The position numbers and the translations under genes are program-made. Below the pieces are notes generated by a model. That model did no database searches, was not told the origin of the DNA, and saw nothing but the letters and a program-made list of their open reading frames with translations. Below, one piece after another: positions 8,960-17,429 of a stretch of DNA of 33,372 bases. Source of the DNA: Bacteroidota bacterium (GTDB taxonomy: Bacteria; Bacteroidota; Bacteroidia; UKL13-3); the NCBI GenBank assembly GCA_010027395.1, contig RGVD01000003.1, positions 1 through 33,372 on the forward strand, read 5' to 3'. How positions within the stretch are numbered: position 1 is the first letter of the stretch; every line of letters begins with the position of its first letter.

Positions 8960-10705
8960 ATGAATGAATTGATTAGCAAAGATGATTTCGCTAAGGCTTT
9001 AAAACTAAACAAGCTTAGACTAGATTTATTAGCACCTGCTTTGATGAAAGTGTTAAAACTCGATAAAGTAAATGAAGTATATGATTCATTATCTGACGAA
9101 CGAGGAGCACAATTCGCAGATCATATTCTATCACAATTAGGGATTGAATATGAAGTGAGTGATACTGACTTAAAGCACATACCTGCATCAGAACCCTTCA
9201 TATTAATAGCCAATCATCCTTATGGTGGAATTGATGGTTTAATATTGTTATCGATACTTGGAAAAATCCGTCCTGATACTAAATTGATGGCAAATTTTCT
9301 TCTTAGGCAAATTGAACCTTTGAAGGATCACATTATTGCCGTTAATCCATTTGAAAATATAGTTGACACTGCGATTAATTTATCTGGAACAAAAGAAGTA
9401 TTAACTCAATTGAAAACATCTCCTTTGGGTGTATTTCCTGCGGGAGAGGTATCCGCTTTGAAATTGAAAAATTTTAAAATTGAAGATAAAAAATGGTCAC
9501 CCGTTTTAGGTAAAATTGTTGCCAAAGCAGGTGTCAAGGTTGTTCCGGTTTATTTTAGTGGGCATAATAGTTTGGCTTTTAATTTATTGGGTTTGATTAA
9601 TCCCAGTATAAGAACTATAAAATTGCCATCTGAGTTATTTAATAAACATCAAAAAATAAAGGTAAGAATAGGTAAACCAATAAACCCTAAAACCATAATT
9701 GATTTTGCTAATAACGATGAATTGATGAGGTATTTAAGGGCAATGACTTATGCGCTTGGTGCTAATCAAGTGACTAAGAATATTAAGTTAAGTTCAACTT
9801 TGAAGGGTTTGCTAAAACCAAAAGAAATCATAGAAGAAACCAATAAAATTGCTTTGTCAGATGAGATTTCATTATTAGCAAATGATTTGCTTTACACCCA
9901 TGATAACTTTAAAGTTTTTATGTCCGATGCCACTCATATACCGAATATCTTACGTGAGATTTCAAGGCTTAGAGAAATAACATTCAGAGAAGTGGGAGAA
10001 GGAACTAATCGCAGTTATGATAGTGACGAATTTGATTTTTATTATAAGCATTTGTTTGTGTGGGACGAAAAGGAGCAACGCATAGCAGGTGCCTATCGCA
10101 TAGGTTTAGGTGATGAACTCTTTAACACCTTAGGAAAACGAGGATTTTATTTATATCAATTGTTTAAAATTAAAAAGGGATTTTACCCTATACTCCAACA
10201 ATCGATTGAAATGGGTCGTTCTTTTGTAGTTAAAGATTACCAACGAAGGCCATTAAGTTTGATGCTACTATGGAAAGGCATTAATGAGTTTCTTAAAAGA
10301 AATAAAGGGATATATAAATATATGATTGGTCCTGTTAGCATCAGCAATCAGTTTTCAAGGTTATCTAAAGAATTATTAGTTTCATACATAAGACTTCATC
10401 ATTACGATAGAAACTGGGCAAGTTTGATTATGCCAAGAAAGAAATTTAAATACAAGTATGATGATGACGAAAAAGCCTTAGTAAAAGCGCATGCAGATGA
10501 TATCAAGCAATTGGATAACCTTATTGGTGAAATTGAAAATAACCAATTAAAAATACCTGTATTGGTGAAGAAATATTTGAAGCTTAATGCCAAAATTGTA
10601 GCTTTTAACATAGACCCAAAGTTCAATGATGCCTTGGATGGATTTTTAATCGTTAACGTTGATGAAATTCCCGATGAAGCCTTTGATATGGTTGGCAGAA
10701 ATTAA
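8960..10705 (+). CDS. Bifunctional PlsC-like O-acyltransferase / GNAT N-acyltransferase (OlsF-like amino-lipid synthase)
   Basis: N-terminal ANHPYGGIDG and FPAGEVS acyltransferase motifs. C-terminal RLREITFR-GEG-D-FD-Y-HL, GAYR, EMGRSFV, YLKLNAK, DPKFNDALDG. Start at 8960 preferred, 8927 possible. Confidence 0.8.
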   Translation: MNELISKDDFAKALKLNKLRLDLLAPALMKVLKLDKVNEVYDSLSDERGAQFADHILSQLGIEYEVSDTDLKHIPASEPFILIANHPYGGIDGLILLSILGKIRPDTKLMANFLLRQIEPLKDHIIAVNPFENIVDTAINLSGTKEVLTQLKTSPLGVFPAGEVSALKLKNFKIEDKKWSPVLGKIVAKAGVKVVPVYFSGHNSLAFNLLGLINPSIRTIKLPSELFNKHQKIKVRIGKPINPKTIIDFANNDELMRYLRAMTYALGANQVTKNIKLSSTLKGLLKPKEIIEETNKIALSDEISLLANDLLYTHDNFKVFMSDATHIPNILREISRLREITFREVGEGTNRSYDSDEFDFYYKHLFVWDEKEQRIAGAYRIGLGDELFNTLGKRGFYLYQLFKIKKGFYPILQQSIEMGRSFVVKDYQRRPLSLMLLWKGINEFLKRNKGIYKYMIGPVSISNQFSRLSKELLVSYIRLHHYDRNWASLIMPRKKFKYKYDDDEKALVKAHADDIKQLDNLIGEIENNQLKIPVLVKKYLKLNAKIVAFNIDPKFNDALDGFLIVNVDEIPDEAFDMVGRN

Positions 10706-10716
10706 AAACTATTTCA

Positions 10717-11643
10717 TTATTTTAGTTCAAATTCAGAGGTACCAATCTTGAAGCCATCTGCGAAAAGTTCTGCTTTGTATTTTCCTTTTTGCCAATCGCT
10801 CCCTTTGTTCCAATAGAAGTTTACTTGTTGTGCATCTTGCGTAAATTCAATGGTTTTTTTACTCGAATAGATTGACTCTTCGTTTTGGAATTTGAAAGTG
10901 CCAGAGCCTGCATTGTTGTTGTATACTGTAGTTCCATCAGGGCCAACTACTTTCAGGTAAATGTCCTTAGAACCTTTCTCAGCCACGTAGTTTTCAGCAA
11001 TGTTGAATGTAATTTTCAATTGTTCTACTTGAGATGTTTTAATGGTTTCTTTTTCTTTGCCATTGCTTCTGAATTTAACACCTGTAACAAAAATATTGGC
11101 TGTATTTAATTTTGCTCCAATTGCCACCTTGTTTTTTAACCCAACATTTTCCATTGTTAGGTCTTCGTTTTTGCGTTTTTGAGACTTTACATCACCTTTA
11201 AGGTTATTGTTTTCGATATGCAGACTCTCAATTTGAAGTGAAAGTGAATCAATTTGAGCAATATATTTTCGTCTGTAAAACCTTAATTGGTCTATTTCTT
11301 CGAGGGCTTTATCTAATTCTCCTTTATTTAATTTTTGTTGTTTTAATAAACCTTGAATACGTTCTGCATAGTCCTGCAATTGCTCGTTTTTTTCTTTTAA
11401 GAAATTATCTAACTCCTCGTTTTTGCCTTTGTATTGTGTTAATTCCGCTTCTGTTTCTCCTAATAATTTATCCAATGCTACTTTAGCTGAATCAGTTGAG
11501 AATAGCCTTTCCTCGGTTACAACCAATTTTTTATCGGTTTGGAAATAATTGAATACAAAAAAGCCATTTAAGGCAGTTAATATAGCTACCAAGGCCCAAG
11601 GTAAAAATACGGCAAAGCGATTACGTTTTTTATTTTCTTCCAT
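10717..11643 (-). CDS. Single-TM anchored coiled-coil protein with C-terminal beta-sandwich-like domain, function unknown
   Basis: TM at about aa 9-33, heptad-rich aa ~35-175, beta-rich C-terminus ending KGKYKAELFADGFKIG. Confidence 0.75.
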   Translation of the reverse strand: MEENKKRNRFAVFLPWALVAILTALNGFFVFNYFQTDKKLVVTEERLFSTDSAKVALDKLLGETEAELTQYKGKNEELDNFLKEKNEQLQDYAERIQGLLKQQKLNKGELDKALEEIDQLRFYRRKYIAQIDSLSLQIESLHIENNNLKGDVKSQKRKNEDLTMENVGLKNKVAIGAKLNTANIFVTGVKFRSNGKEKETIKTSQVEQLKITFNIAENYVAEKGSKDIYLKVVGPDGTTVYNNNAGSGTFKFQNEESIYSSKKTIEFTQDAQQVNFYWNKGSDWQKGKYKAELFADGFKIGTSEFELK

Positions 11644-11650
11644 ACGCGAG

Positions 11651-11658
11651 CAAAAATA
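11651..11658 (-). promoter_or_regulatory. -7 promoter element (TATTTTTG on minus strand) for the coiled-coil gene
   Basis: CAAAAATA on the + strand, 7 nt from the ATG at 11643. Confidence 0.5.
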
Positions 11659-11742
11659 AGATATTCACATAAAAATAAACGAATTCCTATCCACAGTGTT
11701 GATATATATGGCAATTAATACTTGCAATCCGCTGTCTTTTTT

Positions 11743-11750
11743 TACTTTTG
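11743..11750 (+). promoter_or_regulatory. -7 promoter element (TACTTTTG) for rfbC
   Basis: Exact TAnnTTTG, TTG 18 nt upstream (11722-11724), ATG at 11757 only 6 nt downstream. Confidence 0.55.
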
Positions 11751-11756
11751 CTCTCG

Positions 11757-12299
11757 ATGAAAATTACCACAACTCCCATTGAAGGATTACTTATAATTGA
11801 GCCACAGGTTTTTAAGGATGAGAGAGGATACTTTTACGAAAGTTATAATATCCATAAATTTAGAGAAGTTGGGATTCATGAAAATTTTATCCAAGACAAT
11901 CAATCATTATCTCAAAAAGGAGCTATCAGAGGCTTACATTTTCAAGCAGCGCCATTTGAACAAGGTAAATTGGTAAGGGTAGTGCAAGGTGCTGTTATTG
12001 ATGTGGTTGTTGATATAAGGAAAGCCTCTGCCACTTATGGACATCATTTCAATATAGAACTGACTGGTGAGAATATGTTGATGTTCTATATCCCAGCTGG
12101 TTTTGCACATGGTTTTGAAACATTAGCTGACAATACCATTTTTCAATATAAATGTACCAATGTTTATAATAAATCCTCTGAAGGTGGCGTGCTTTGGAAC
12201 GACCCTGATTTAAATATTAACTGGCAAACAAAAGAACCTATTATCAGCATAAAGGATCAAGAGCTGCCGACATTTAATACATTTGTAAGTCCATTTTAA
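11757..12299 (+). CDS. rfbC: dTDP-4-dehydrorhamnose 3,5-epimerase
   Basis: DERGYFYE, QDNQSLS, RGLHFQ, QGKLVRV, DVVVDIR, GFAHGF motifs. ATG at 11757 preferred over TTG at 11748. Confidence 0.95.
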   Translation: MKITTTPIEGLLIIEPQVFKDERGYFYESYNIHKFREVGIHENFIQDNQSLSQKGAIRGLHFQAAPFEQGKLVRVVQGAVIDVVVDIRKASATYGHHFNIELTGENMLMFYIPAGFAHGFETLADNTIFQYKCTNVYNKSSEGGVLWNDPDLNINWQTKEPIISIKDQELPTFNTFVSPF

Positions 12300-12341
12300 A
12301 CGCTGAAAAAATAACACACACAAGTACACAAAACTATTTTT

Positions 12342-13289
12342 ATGGAATTTGATAATGAAATACAAAATCTCTTAGCGAAGCTAAAAGAAAAATATGATGC
12401 ATCTGGCCAAGATTGGAAAGCCTATTTAGAGGGTTTGTTGCATCAAAATTACCTTAGCTATTGGGATTATATTCATACAGATACTTTGTTGTCTCTGCAA
12501 AAGCCAAGGACTGCTATACCTGATGAGATTATATTTATAATGTATCATCAAATAACCGAATTGTATTTCAAACTTACACTTCATGAAATGGAGCAAATTT
12601 CGGCTAAAAAAGATTCGATAGATCCTGAATTTTTCGCGGCTCGATTAAAAAGAATGACAGATTATTTCAAGAATCTAATCAATTCTTTTGAGATAATGGT
12701 GGATGGTATGGAGCCTAATCAATTTTTGCAATTTCGCATGAGTTTGTTGCCAGCAAGTGGTTTTCAATCCGCTCAATATAGAAGTATTGAAATTTGTGCT
12801 ACAGATTTCATTCGCATGGTGGATAAAGAGTATAGAGATAATCTGGTAAATGCAAGTATAGATGAGCAATATAAATACATTTATTGGCAAGCTGGTGCTA
12901 CCGAATTGGCAACAGGTAAGAAGACTTTAACACTTACCCAGTTTGAAGAGAAATACCAAGATTCATTGTTAAGATTAGCCAAAGATTATAAGCTTAAAAA
13001 CCTTTGGTCCGTTTATAAATCAATGTCTAATGCAGATCAAAAGAATGAGGGATTAATCAAACAATTAAAAGATTTTGATGCCTGTGTAAATGTTAATTGG
13101 CCATTGATGCACTATAAATCTGCGGTACGATATTTGCAAAAATCGCCTGAAGATATTGCCGCTACAGGTGGCACCAATTGGCAAAAGTATTTGCCTCCAC
13201 GTATTCAAAAACGAATTTTCTATCCTGAATTATGGAGCGAAAATGAAATGCAAGAGTGGGGCAAATCATTGATGGAATTGGGTAAATAA
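12342..13289 (+). CDS. kynA: Tryptophan 2,3-dioxygenase family protein
   Basis: YWDYI-LLSLQ, DEIIFIMYHQITELYFK, FR-L-PASGFQSAQYR, proximal His region (LMHYKSAVRYL), ATGGT loop. Confidence 0.85.
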   Translation: MEFDNEIQNLLAKLKEKYDASGQDWKAYLEGLLHQNYLSYWDYIHTDTLLSLQKPRTAIPDEIIFIMYHQITELYFKLTLHEMEQISAKKDSIDPEFFAARLKRMTDYFKNLINSFEIMVDGMEPNQFLQFRMSLLPASGFQSAQYRSIEICATDFIRMVDKEYRDNLVNASIDEQYKYIYWQAGATELATGKKTLTLTQFEEKYQDSLLRLAKDYKLKNLWSVYKSMSNADQKNEGLIKQLKDFDACVNVNWPLMHYKSAVRYLQKSPEDIAATGGTNWQKYLPPRIQKRIFYPELWSENEMQEWGKSLMELGK

Positions 13290-13301
13290 GCTCACACATT
13301 T

Positions 13302-13658
13302 ATGAAAAAAATAATTCTCATATTCATAATAGGTTTTGCATTTTTGTACGAGGCCAAAAGCCAAGTGATAGATGATGAAAACGGGAAAACATATTATTAC
13401 TTTGACAATGATAAGAAGCAGGTAAAAGAAATTTTTCATCATCTCAGACAAATGAAATTTGGTAGACAAGATGGAATTGATTTTGATACAATTATTTATA
13501 TAAAGCATGGACCTTATTTGAAGTATCATCCAAATGGCCAGCTTGAATGTAGTGGTTATTATCATTATGAAAAACCTGATAGTATCTGGAAAAGATACAG
13601 TGCCCAAGGGCAACTGCTAAGTATAGAAAAATATAAAAATGGACAAAAAATCGATTAA
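13302..13658 (+). CDS. Small exported MORN-variant repeat protein
   Basis: Signal peptide, then HGPYLKYHPNGQLECSGYY and WKRYSAQGQLLSIEKYKNG repeats. Confidence 0.7.
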   Translation: MKKIILIFIIGFAFLYEAKSQVIDDENGKTYYYFDNDKKQVKEIFHHLRQMKFGRQDGIDFDTIIYIKHGPYLKYHPNGQLECSGYYHYEKPDSIWKRYSAQGQLLSIEKYKNGQKID

Positions 13659-14067
13659 ATTATTTTTATTTTTCATCGTCCTTGGATATTTCCAGTTTGC
13701 TTCTGCACAAATTCAAAAAAACATTAGTGTAGGAGATTATATCTATGTAAAGCCATGTAAACCTAAGCAAGATGATTTTAATGGAATTGATATATATAGC
13801 AGAACTAATGCTATGGACAAGTCGCATGTAGACTCAATAACAGGCGATGGTTTCTATGAAGCTTTTTTTGATGGGAAAAGTAGTGTGGAAGGTAAAAGAT
13901 TACCATGCATCATGTCGAATAGAAAATATAAGATAGCTGCACTTCAAGAGGTAGAAGATGAAGGTAAAATAAGGCGAATAGCTATTTGCTATACGAGCTA
14001 CTATTTGAATGTTATTTGGGTTGAAATTGATGTGGCTTTAAAATCGAATGAAATTGAATTTAGGTAA
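13639..14067 (+). CDS. Hypothetical exported protein
   Basis: Signal peptide ending ASA-Q. Overlaps the upstream gene by 20 nt. Three Cys in the mature part. Confidence 0.65.
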   Translation: MDKKSIKLFLFFIVLGYFQFASAQIQKNISVGDYIYVKPCKPKQDDFNGIDIYSRTNAMDKSHVDSITGDGFYEAFFDGKSSVEGKRLPCIMSNRKYKIAALQEVEDEGKIRRIAICYTSYYLNVIWVEIDVALKSNEIEFR

Positions 14068-14126
14068 AAAGCATGTTTTCATTCATTTCTTTTTGTTTAA
14101 TTTGTTTTTTAGTGAACATATAAAAA

Positions 14127-15533
14127 ATGCTTTTTAACTCACTACATTTTATTTTTTTTCTACCCATAGTGGTGTTGCTTTATTACCTAATAGCGCACAA
14201 ATACCGATGGGCGCTTTTATTCATAGCTAGTTCGTATTTTTATTCAGTATTTTATCTTCCATACTTATTTATCTTGTACGCAGTTATATTGATTGATTAT
14301 GTTTGTGGCTTACTTATTGAAAAGAACGAAGGTCGAAGACGATGGTGGTGGTTACTAGCCAGTATTATCAGCAATATAGGTCTTTTAGGTTATTTTAAAT
14401 ACACTAATTTTTTTATAGATATTTTTAATGAAATAGCCCCGCTAGTTCATGTTTCAAAACATATCAAGAACCTAGATATTATTCTTCCTATTGGCCTTTC
14501 ATTTCACACTTTTCAGTCACTTAGTTATACCATTGAAGTTTATAGGAAGAAACAGAAGGCTGAAAAGCATATAGGATATTTTGCTAATTATGTTTTGTTT
14601 TTTCCCCAAATGGTTGCTGGTCCTATTGAGCGATATGATAGACTTGGCAATGAACTTAGAATAAATCAAAGATTAAGTTACGATAATATCAGTCATGGTT
14701 TGCGTTTGGTATTGTACGGGTTATTTGTAAAAATGTGTATTGCAGATAACTTGGCACCTTTGGTGGATGAGGTTTACCAAGCACCGCAAAACTACTATTC
14801 ATCTTCTATTTGGCTCGCCATGATTGCCTTTGCCATTCAAATATATGCTGATTTTTATGGCTATTCAACCGTTGCGCTGGGAGCTGCAAGGATCCTTGGT
14901 ATTCATTTAATGGATAATTTCAAGCAACCTTATTTTGCTAAGGGTATTCAAGACTTCTGGAAACGATGGCACATTTCATTAAGCACATGGTTTCGCGATT
15001 ATGTTTTTTTTAGCATGGGTGGGAGTAGGGTGAAAACCTTTCGTTGGATAATCAATGTATTGTTTTTGTTTGCTCTGAGCGGCTTTTGGCATGGAGCTAA
15101 TTATACTTTTATTATTTGGGGTTTACTTCATGGAATAGCTTATTTATTGGATAAAGGAATTTCTAATTACTTACCTAATCAAATCAAGCAAATGAAGTTG
15201 TATTCAATACTAAGTATGCTTGTCACTTTTATGGTGGTTGTTATTATTTGGGTATTTTTTAGGGCAAAAGATTTAACAAGTTCATTGGTTATACTGGAAC
15301 AGAGTATTAATTATGGCTTTGAGGCATACAAACATATAGAGGTATCTTGGATACCATTATCTATGTTAGGTATATTCATTTTATTTGAAATCGCCATTTT
15401 AGATTCTCGCATTGACAATTGGATAGCCTCAAAGCATATCACTTTTCGTTGGCTTGTTTATGGTCTCCTAACTATGTGTTTATTGCTTTTTAGTGGTATT
15501 AAAAGTATTCCATTCATTTATTTTCAATTTTAG
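14127..15533 (+). CDS. MBOAT family O-acyltransferase (AlgI/DltB/PatA-like)
   Basis: MLFNS start, LPIGLSFHTFQSLSY, FFPQMVAGPIER, QIYADFYGY, DFWKRWHISLSTWFRDY, catalytic SGFWHGA, FIYFQF end. Confidence 0.93.
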   Translation: MLFNSLHFIFFLPIVVLLYYLIAHKYRWALLFIASSYFYSVFYLPYLFILYAVILIDYVCGLLIEKNEGRRRWWWLLASIISNIGLLGYFKYTNFFIDIFNEIAPLVHVSKHIKNLDIILPIGLSFHTFQSLSYTIEVYRKKQKAEKHIGYFANYVLFFPQMVAGPIERYDRLGNELRINQRLSYDNISHGLRLVLYGLFVKMCIADNLAPLVDEVYQAPQNYYSSSIWLAMIAFAIQIYADFYGYSTVALGAARILGIHLMDNFKQPYFAKGIQDFWKRWHISLSTWFRDYVFFSMGGSRVKTFRWIINVLFLFALSGFWHGANYTFIIWGLLHGIAYLLDKGISNYLPNQIKQMKLYSILSMLVTFMVVVIIWVFFRAKDLTSSLVILEQSINYGFEAYKHIEVSWIPLSMLGIFILFEIAILDSRIDNWIASKHITFRWLVYGLLTMCLLLFSGIKSIPFIYFQF

Positions 15534-15535
15534 AC

Positions 15536-16570
15536 ATGAAGAAGATAGTAATTAAGATGGGTTGTGCTTTTTTGATGCTGGTGTTATGCTTGGTCTTGTC
15601 TAATTTTATTTATGAAAAATATTATTACAGGCAAGATTTGAAAGAGTCAGATGCGGAGATGCTATTGAAACTAGATAGTTTACAATACTCGAGTGATGTA
15701 TTGTATTTTGCTGAATCTTCCAATGCTACTCTTGCAGATGATGATACTTGTCTGTTGACCATAGCCCAAATGATTGATAGCTTAAATCCAGAAAAAGTTG
15801 TTGCGATTGATCATGGCGCCATACATGCAAAAACCTATAAAAGCTTAATCGAAAATATTAAGGAAGATGCTAAAGTGAAAACCCTTATTGTGACCTTAAA
15901 TATGCGTTCATTTGGGGCTAATTGGATACATTCAAAGATGGAAACAGCTTTGATGAAGGCCAATGTCATGTATGAACAAATACCCCCAATTGCCAAAAGA
16001 GTAAAACTTGCATTTAATGGGTTTGATAATCAAAATGATCAGATGAGAGGACATGTTATGGAAGACCATTGGCGTCATGATTATATTCATTTACCTGACA
16101 CATTTCCATACAAAAATGTAAGGACATGGGACAATGCCGTTGGTGGTGCTAATGTATTGGATTTTACGACACCCGATGGTGATTGGGATATGCCGCGAAT
16201 TGAGCTTGCCACGAGTTATATTAAGACTTATGCTTTTAGCATTGATACCAAAAACAATCCTAGGATAAAAGATTTTGATGAAATTGTGGAGATAGCTAAA
16301 AGAAAAAAACTTAAACTTATATATAACTTATTGGCTGAAAATACGGAATATGCTGACTCTTTGGTCGGAAAACCACTGACAGATGTGATGAAAGAAAATG
16401 CCCAAATGCTTATTAAGCGCTATACTGATAAAGGTGTTTTGGTAGTTGATAATTTATCTGTGGTGGCAGGAGAAGAGTTTACTGATAAAAGGTGGACCAG
16501 CGAGCACTATACCCAAAGAGGCAGATGGACCATCGCCAAGAATGTTGCAAATGCTATGTCTGTCAAATAG
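15536..16570 (+). CDS. Membrane-anchored DltD/SGNH-like partner of the MBOAT protein
   Basis: N-terminal TM, LYFAESS (nucleophile-like), C-terminal FTD-WTSEHYTQRGR-IA. Starts 2 nt after the MBOAT stop. Confidence 0.6.
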   Translation: MKKIVIKMGCAFLMLVLCLVLSNFIYEKYYYRQDLKESDAEMLLKLDSLQYSSDVLYFAESSNATLADDDTCLLTIAQMIDSLNPEKVVAIDHGAIHAKTYKSLIENIKEDAKVKTLIVTLNMRSFGANWIHSKMETALMKANVMYEQIPPIAKRVKLAFNGFDNQNDQMRGHVMEDHWRHDYIHLPDTFPYKNVRTWDNAVGGANVLDFTTPDGDWDMPRIELATSYIKTYAFSIDTKNNPRIKDFDEIVEIAKRKKLKLIYNLLAENTEYADSLVGKPLTDVMKENAQMLIKRYTDKGVLVVDNLSVVAGEEFTDKRWTSEHYTQRGRWTIAKNVANAMSVK

Positions 16571-16647
16571 ATAATTTTAAAATATCATGTGAGTTATTTG
16601 TTATTAGCAATTGCTTGGCAATGCTGAAATTGCGATGATTAATAACA

Positions 16648-17358
16648 ATGAAACCAACCATACTTATTACTGGAATTACCAAAGGCATAGGACATGCCAT
16701 AGCTGAACTATTCGCAAAAAATGGATACAATGTAGCTGGCTGCGCTAGAGATAAAAAGGCATTGGATGCCTTTAAAGCTGAGCTTTGGAACAAATATCCT
16801 GAACAAAAATTCTTATTTGCTTTATGTGATGTTAGCGATAAAAATGATGTTTTAGCCTTTGCTTATGACGTTACAGATGAGTTTGAAAGAATAGATATTC
16901 TAGTGAACAATGCAGGCGTCTTTATTCCTGGCTCTTTACTAAATGAAGAGGACGGCATTTTTGAGCAACAAATGAATACCAATTTAGCTAGTGCCTATCA
17001 CTTGAGTAGGGTTATTGCACCAAAGATGATTGCCCAAAAAAGCGGCCATATTTTTAATATTTGTAGTACCGCTAGTATTAAAGCCTACAGCAATGGTGCA
17101 AGCTATTGCATTAGCAAACATGCTCTTTTGGGTTTTAGCAAAGGTTTGAGAGAAGAGCTAATGCCAACTGGAGTCAGGGTTACGGCTGTTTTGCCGGGAG
17201 CTACTTTAACAAATAGCTGGGCTGGAACAGATCATCCTGAAGAAAGATTTATTAAAGCTGAAGATATTGCCCAAAGTATTTGGGATATACATAAGCTCTC
17301 GGCCAATGCGGATGTGGAAGAGATATTGATTAGGCCACAGCTGGGTGATTTTGCCTAA
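16648..17358 (+). CDS. Short-chain dehydrogenase/reductase
   Basis: TGITKGIG, DILVNNAG, catalytic YCISK. Confidence 0.92.
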   Translation: MKPTILITGITKGIGHAIAELFAKNGYNVAGCARDKKALDAFKAELWNKYPEQKFLFALCDVSDKNDVLAFAYDVTDEFERIDILVNNAGVFIPGSLLNEEDGIFEQQMNTNLASAYHLSRVIAPKMIAQKSGHIFNICSTASIKAYSNGASYCISKHALLGFSKGLREELMPTGVRVTAVLPGATLTNSWAGTDHPEERFIKAEDIAQSIWDIHKLSANADVEEILIRPQLGDFA

Positions 17359-17382
17359 TTGATTTTTATAATCATTGTAAAT

Positions 17383-17410
17383 AAAAAATCCCGCATGAGC
17401 AGGATTTTTT
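17383..17410. terminator. Bidirectional intrinsic terminator between the convergent SDR and T9SS-cargo genes
   Basis: A6-TCCCGC-ATGA-GCAGGA-T6. The stem pairs fully (one G-U) on the minus strand. Confidence 0.8.
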
Positions 17411-17429
17411 GTTTGTGTCTTGAACATTT

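Noticed and set aside
13302-13658. YwqK-type antitoxin of a toxin-antitoxin system
   Set aside because: MORN-variant repeats alone often attract this label. No recognisable toxin is adjacent.
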